Assembly: GCA_963828525.1 (NCBI GenBank)
Contig: CAWHEP010000001.1
Coordinates: forward strand, 143,092-207,091
Direction of reading: 5' to 3'
Length of the DNA stretch: 64,000 bases
Source of the DNA: an uncultured Verrucomicrobiae bacterium
GTDB taxonomy: Bacteria; Verrucomicrobiota; Verrucomicrobiia; Chthoniobacterales; Chthoniobacteraceae
The notes beneath the pieces were generated by a model. The model made no database searches, was not told where the DNA came from, and saw only the letters and a list, made by a program, of their open reading frames with translations. The number at the start of each line of letters is the position of its first letter. The first letter of the stretch is position 1. Both the position numbers and the translations under genes were made by a program. Of the stretch, positions 59,340 to 64,000 are shown piece after piece.

Positions 59340-59623
59340 CAATTGTTCACTCCTTCGCAACCAAAAGTACGCAAGACACTTACACATTAAGCAAGATCGC
59401 AAAACCGAGATCCTCCCTTTGACTCATCTGTCGCGTGGGGAACACTTGAAGCACAGTGTCCGGAATAAAAGAGGTGCTGACTGCCCGCCAGCTTAGAACT
59501 TGTCGCATGTGTGCTAATTACGACAATCGGAACAGTCTTCGTCCCGACCTCGCATAATCCAGGTTTGCGCGCTATCAACGTAATTAACTGGAGATCAATA
59601 CTTTACGACGCCACTGGGGACTG

Positions 59624-59639
59624 TGGCATATCGCTTGCT
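59624..59639 (+). promoter_or_regulatory. Putative sigma54 promoter for trtA-permease
   Basis: TGGCATATCGCTTGCT, GG-N10-GC with TTGCT. Confidence 0.72.
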
Positions 59640-59685
59640 AAGCAGTGCGATGCCTGAAAAAACACAGTCCAGCAACTTCGTGAAT

Positions 59686-60360
59686 ATGTCCCTCATCGCC
59701 GCCGAACCCTACGACTTCGAGTTTGATCCGTCTCGCTGCGCTCTGCTCATCATTGACATGCAGCGTGACTTCCTCGAACCGGGCGGATTTGGAGAGATGC
59801 TTGGAAATGATGTTTCGCAGCTTCGACGAACGATCGCCCCGAACAGCAAACTCCTTGCCGCTTGGCGAGAGGCGGGCTTGCACGTGATCCATACACGAGA
59901 GGGGCACCGCGCCGATTTGGCTGACTTGCCTCCGGCGAAGAAAATCCGGGGTCGCTCAAAAACCTGCATCGGCGATCCCGGGCCAATGGGGCGCATCCTC
60001 GTGCGCGGCGAAGCGGGGCATGACATTATCCCTGAACTTTATCCGCTGGGCTCCGAACCGGTGATCGACAAACCCGGCAAGGGCGCGTTCTTTGCCACGG
60101 ATTTGCACGCAATCCTCCAAAATCAGAACATCCAGCAACTCGTGGTAACAGGCGTTACAACCGAAGTCTGCGTTAATACAACGGTGCGAGAGGCGAATGA
60201 TCGCGGGTATGATTGCCTCATTCCGGAAGATTGCGTCGGCTCGTACTTTCCTGAATTTCAGGAGATGGGACTTAAGATGATCAAAGCGCAGGGGGGCATT
60301 TTCGGCTGGGTCACCAAGTCTGAAAACATACTTGGTGCTCTGCAATCAATCAGCCAGTAG
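59686..60360 (+). CDS. trtA: Triuret hydrolase-like cysteine hydrolase
   Basis: IDMQRDFLEPGGFG..LGND, DKPGKG, GVTTEVC, SYFPEF, AQGGIFG carry the F/L/N/E/Y/I residues that separate TrtA from BiuH as recalled. Confidence 0.78.
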   Translation: MSLIAAEPYDFEFDPSRCALLIIDMQRDFLEPGGFGEMLGNDVSQLRRTIAPNSKLLAAWREAGLHVIHTREGHRADLADLPPAKKIRGRSKTCIGDPGPMGRILVRGEAGHDIIPELYPLGSEPVIDKPGKGAFFATDLHAILQNQNIQQLVVTGVTTEVCVNTTVREANDRGYDCLIPEDCVGSYFPEFQEMGLKMIKAQGGIFGWVTKSENILGALQSISQ

Positions 60361-60394
60361 GGAAGCAAAAAACAAAAACGAGGATCAGAAATCA

Positions 60395-62226
60395 ATGAGC
60401 AATACAACAAAACCTAACATTTGGGTACCCGGAGACTGGAATGCATTCTTCGGCTTCGGCACGAATATTTTGGTCAATCTTCTGACGTTGACCGCGCTGC
60501 TGCGATTTGTGCTCAAAATGCCCGATAGCCTTGTTTTTGGGCGCATTCTGCCGGCCACAGGGCTGATGATGTGTCTCTCTACTCTCTACTATGCATGGAT
60601 GGCATACGGACTCGCAAAGAAGACGGGTCGCACAGATGTGTGCGCTCTTCCGTCCGGCATTAGCGTGCCTCACATGTTCATTGTCACCTTTGTGATCATG
60701 TTGCCGATTGCCTTGAAAACGGGCGATCCTGTCAAAGGCTGGGAGGCGGGTCTTACATGGGTCTTCATCCAAAGCTTTGTATTGATGGCTGGCGGCTTCA
60801 TCGCTCCCATTATTCGAAAGATCACTCCTCGCGCGGCACTCCTTGGGACGCTGGCAGGGGTCTCCGTGACATTTATCTCCATGGCTCCCGCCTTGCAGAT
60901 GTTTATGACGCCCGTGATTGGACTCACCTGCTTCGGGATTATCCTGGTGAGCTGGTTCGGCGGTGTCCGCTATCGCGGTATCCCCGCTGGGCTTGTCGCA
61001 ATTGGCGTTGGAACCCTAATCGCTTGGGGATCAACCGCATTTGGTTTGAACTACGGCGGCATGAGCTAAAAGGACTCACCGACTCGGTCAGCAATTTTGG
61101 CTTCCGCGTCCCACTTCCTGCTTTCAATCATATCTTTTCGGGTTTTGAGTTTCTCGGCTCAATTCTCGTAACCGCGATCCCGTTCGGTATCTACGATCTT
61201 GTTGAAGCGATGGACAATGTCGAAAGCGCGGCTGTTGCGGGCGACAGCTTTCCAACGACACGTGTATTAACTGCCGATGGCGTGATCAGCTTAATTGGCT
61301 GTATGATGGGCAACCCGTTCATCAACGCGGTTTATATAGGACATCCAGGGTGGAAGGCGATGGGGGGGCGGATTGGCTACTCGGCCGCAACGGGAATTCT
61401 GGTCATTCTGCTCTGCTGGTTTGGAACCATCTCGGTCATGCTGGCACTGGTTCCGAGCGTGGCCATCCTCCCAATCCTCTTTATACATCGGGATGCTGAT
61501 TGGATCACAGGCATTTCAGGAGACACCAAAAGTCATGCGCCCGCTATTGTCCTTGCGTTCACTCCACACCTCGCGAACTGGGGCATCACGCAAATTAACG
61601 GGGCGCTTGCGGCGGCTGGCACTATCGTCCCGGCGCTCTCTGCCGCGCAGATGGATACGCTCGTGGGCAACATGAAGAACCAGGGCGTCCTATATCGTGG
61701 GCTTCAAATTATGGGAGGCGGTTCTATTCTGGGCGGGTTGATCCTTGCCGCGATTGCGGTTTGCATCATTGACCGCACCTTTATGAAGGCTGCGGGCTTC
61801 GCGATGGCTGGCGCCGTGCTCACTTTCTTTGGGTTCATGCACGGAGAGCGGATTGGGATAGGGCAGACTCCTGTGGTGGCCGTCAGCTACTTCATTGTTT
61901 CAGTCTTCCTGGCGGCATGCGCCAAGTTCGCGTTCGCTCCGGCTGCGGCTATTGAAGAAAGCGGCGAGGAAGCGGAAGGCTTCGGAGAAGTGGCTTCGCC
62001 GGTTGAAGTATTTGTTGGTTGGTTGGTGAACGAGCACACGCAGACTGCTGCGGTGCTCGTTTTGCCTTTCGTAATTAAGTATGCGCGAGAGCGCCCAGCA
62101 CGGACACAGGGACTTATGCGTGTTCCTTGGAAGCCAGGTTTCTGTAAATGCGGGTGCGATGCACGCCAAGGAGGCGGGCGGCTTCGGCGATGTTGCCGTT
62201 GGCGACCGCAAGGGCGCGCTGGATGA
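60395..62226 (+). CDS. NCS2/AzgA-like permease with three single-base frameshifts (near 61067, 61480, 61530), 3' end uncertain
   Basis: GDWNAFFG, ALPSG.SVPH, TPRAALLG, YIGHPGWK.MGGR.GYS. The homologous segment LYIGMLIGSQAFQETPK sits in an alternate frame (ORF 61373-61675). Confidence 0.78.
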
Positions 62227-63613
62227 GGATATCTTCCGCTCTTTCGAGATTCAATGGAAGATCGTCCGCGATTTCAGAGTAGGCCTTTGCGGTCGCGGGA
62301 GGCCCCGCCGGCCGCCCGATTTGCAGGTGACAAGGCTGAATCTCGCCCCCGCCACTTTCGATCAGCGCCCGCTCAATCACATTCTTCAGTTCCCGTATAT
62401 TCCCGGGGAAGTCATATGCTTCAAGCATGGCAAGGGCCGCGGGCGAGAGCCGCGACATCCGAATGTTCATCTCCTTTGCGAACAACGCGAGAAAATGGCT
62501 GGCGAGCAAAGGTACATCTTCCCGTCGCTGGCGCAGCGGAGGGTTTGATACCGAAAACCGCGCAAGTCGGAAGTAAAGGTCCTGTCGAAACGCGCCGCTT
62601 GAGATCTTGTGATGAAGGTCCGCGTTAGTCGCGGCCAAGACCCGAACGGTGACCCGTCTTCCCTCCGTGGCGCCCACTGGGGTGACAATCCCATCCTCCA
62701 GCACGCGCAAGAGCTTGGCCTGCAGCAGCAAGGGCATATCCCCAATCTCGTCCAGAAAGAGCGTGCCGCCGTCAGCTGATTCGAAATATCCTTTGCGATC
62801 GCCGATCGCTCCCGTGAACGATCCCTTCAGGTGTCCGAAAAACAGAGACTCCGCCAGCTCATCCGGGATTGCCCCACAGTTAACCGAAATGAAGGGGGAC
62901 TTCGCATTCTGGCCACCGAAGTGTATGGCCCGCGCAATGAGCTCTTTGCCCGTCCCGCTTTCGCCTGTAATGAGAACACTTGTCGCGGCAAACGCATGAA
63001 GCTTGCGAATCTCGCCGAGAATTCGAGACATCGTATTGCTTTTTCCAACCAGGCCCGCGACGCCCCACCGTTCAGCTTCCCGGGTGGAAAGCGAATTGAG
63101 CTTTTCGTCCGCGTCTTGCAGGGCGCTCTCTGCGCGCTCTCGCAAATCGCTCTCCTTGCGGAGGAGTTCGTTCGCCTGGGAGAGTGCTCGATTCTTCTCG
63201 ATTAGCTCACGTGTCAGGCGGACGCGCTTCAAGTGATTCTCCACCCGAACAAGCACTTCTTCGCTTTGAAACGGCTTCGTGATGTAGTCAACGCCTCCCG
63301 CGCGAAACCCGTCCACGACACTCTGCATCTGGTTGCTTGCGCTTATGAAGATGACCGGTATATCCCGTGTCGCTTCATTCTCCTTCAGGCGGCGGCAGGT
63401 TTCGATGCCGTCCATCCCAGGCATGATGATGTCGAGAAGGATCAAGTCTGGGGAGCCGGAGACCGCCACCCGCAAGGCAACCTGGCCGTTGGGAGCCGCG
63501 AGCACCGCGTACCCCTCCGGTTCCAGAGAGTCGGTGAGCACCTTCAGGTTCACTGGATTGTCATCAACGAGCAGGAGTTTCTCTCGGGGCTCCATGGCGG
63601 TCGCGTCTCCCAT
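62114..63613 (-). CDS. Sigma54-dependent response regulator (REC-AAA+-Fis HTH)
   Basis: Receiver, GESGTGKE, GSFTGA, FLDEIG, FRQDLYFRL, PGNIREL, HTH. TGATG overlap with the upstream kinase. Confidence 0.93.
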   Translation of the reverse strand: MGDATAMEPREKLLLVDDNPVNLKVLTDSLEPEGYAVLAAPNGQVALRVAVSGSPDLILLDIIMPGMDGIETCRRLKENEATRDIPVIFISASNQMQSVVDGFRAGGVDYITKPFQSEEVLVRVENHLKRVRLTRELIEKNRALSQANELLRKESDLRERAESALQDADEKLNSLSTREAERWGVAGLVGKSNTMSRILGEIRKLHAFAATSVLITGESGTGKELIARAIHFGGQNAKSPFISVNCGAIPDELAESLFFGHLKGSFTGAIGDRKGYFESADGGTLFLDEIGDMPLLLQAKLLRVLEDGIVTPVGATEGRRVTVRVLAATNADLHHKISSGAFRQDLYFRLARFSVSNPPLRQRREDVPLLASHFLALFAKEMNIRMSRLSPAALAMLEAYDFPGNIRELKNVIERALIESGGGEIQPCHLQIGRPAGPPATAKAYSEIADDLPLNLERAEDILIQRALAVANGNIAEAARLLGVHRTRIYRNLASKEHA

Positions 63614-64000
63614 CACGCGGGTGCCGTCTCGTCGGCGCTCTGCAAATACTGGAGAACGCGGCTGATGTCGCATTGCTGGACTGCCATGAGCAGGTGTTCC
63701 GCCACTTGGGCGGATTTCCCGCCCTTGGAAGCGAGCTCGCCCAAATGAGCCTTCAACGCGGTGACGTTGTAAATCTCCGCCGCGGCTCTTACCCGCGCGG
63801 CCAACTCGTCTGGGAGCTCGATACGTTCAATGTCTTTTACCTCGCTGCTGCTCTCGTGCTGAAAGGAAACATTCAGGTTGTCCGCGAGACATTCACAAAT
63901 GCGTTCGTACCGAAAGGGCTTCGCAAAGAAGTCGTCGAACCCCGCGTCAAGATAGCGCTTTTGTTCATGATCAAACGCCGAGGCGGAGCAATACCGTCTG
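63613..64000 (-). CDS. C-terminal receiver end of a probable hybrid histidine kinase (partial)
   Basis: Manual translation SASAFDHEQKRYLDAGFDDFFAKPFRYERICECL... Confidence 0.75.
   Translation of the reverse strand, partial: RRYCSASAFDHEQKRYLDAGFDDFFAKPFRYERICECLADNLNVSFQHESSSEVKDIERIELPDELAARVRAAAEIYNVTALKAHLGELASKGGKSAQVAEHLLMAVQQCDISRVLQYLQSADETAPA

Noticed and set aside
59263..59685. Guanidine or other riboswitch in the biuH/trtA intergenic region
   Set aside because: No ykkC, mini-ykkC (paired ACGR hairpins) or ykkC-III pattern recognised by eye. An Rfam/Infernal scan would be decisive
59686..60360. Guanylurea hydrolase assignment
   Set aside because: Retains Gln in AQGGIFG like TrtA/BiuH, rather than the Glu recalled for GuuH
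62010..62226. C-terminal tail of the permease ORF overlapping the convergent regulator
   Set aside because: Not permease-like and overlaps the opposite gene by 113 nt, so probably read-through from a lost stop or indel

Overview
About 60% GC bacterial chromosome segment. Gene content and style suggest Verrucomicrobiota (Chthoniobacterales-like), which is an inference. Left arm (1-12.1 kb, beyond the 3' end of a tRNA-Val) is accessory: GH2 N-terminus, C5 DNA methyltransferase coupled to a DUF4928-like putative nuclease, GNAT, GH92, a deleted cheB-histidine kinase relic, KaiC-like ATPase plus hybrid kinase, and an FeS-BCP photolyase. The centre is mostly housekeeping: maf, bamA-skp-lpxD, mnmA, cutA, an rsmA-Nudix fusion, a two-component pair, CPD photolyase, ribD, aspS and uup. 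It also holds a copper operon (TolC, multicopper oxidase, P1B ATPase) led by a CxxC/HAPP-ending putative arrest-peptide uORF, a MoxR/vWA operon, and a Tat-exported AKR/DUF362/polyferredoxin redox operon. The right end is a divergent sigma54-type triuret/biuret utilisation locus (trtA, biuH, stand-alone allophanate-hydrolase C-domain, novel beta-barrel, permease) next to a sigma54 activator. Several single-base indels in short homopolymers suggest long-read assembly errors. All family calls are from motif recognition and recall, not database searches.
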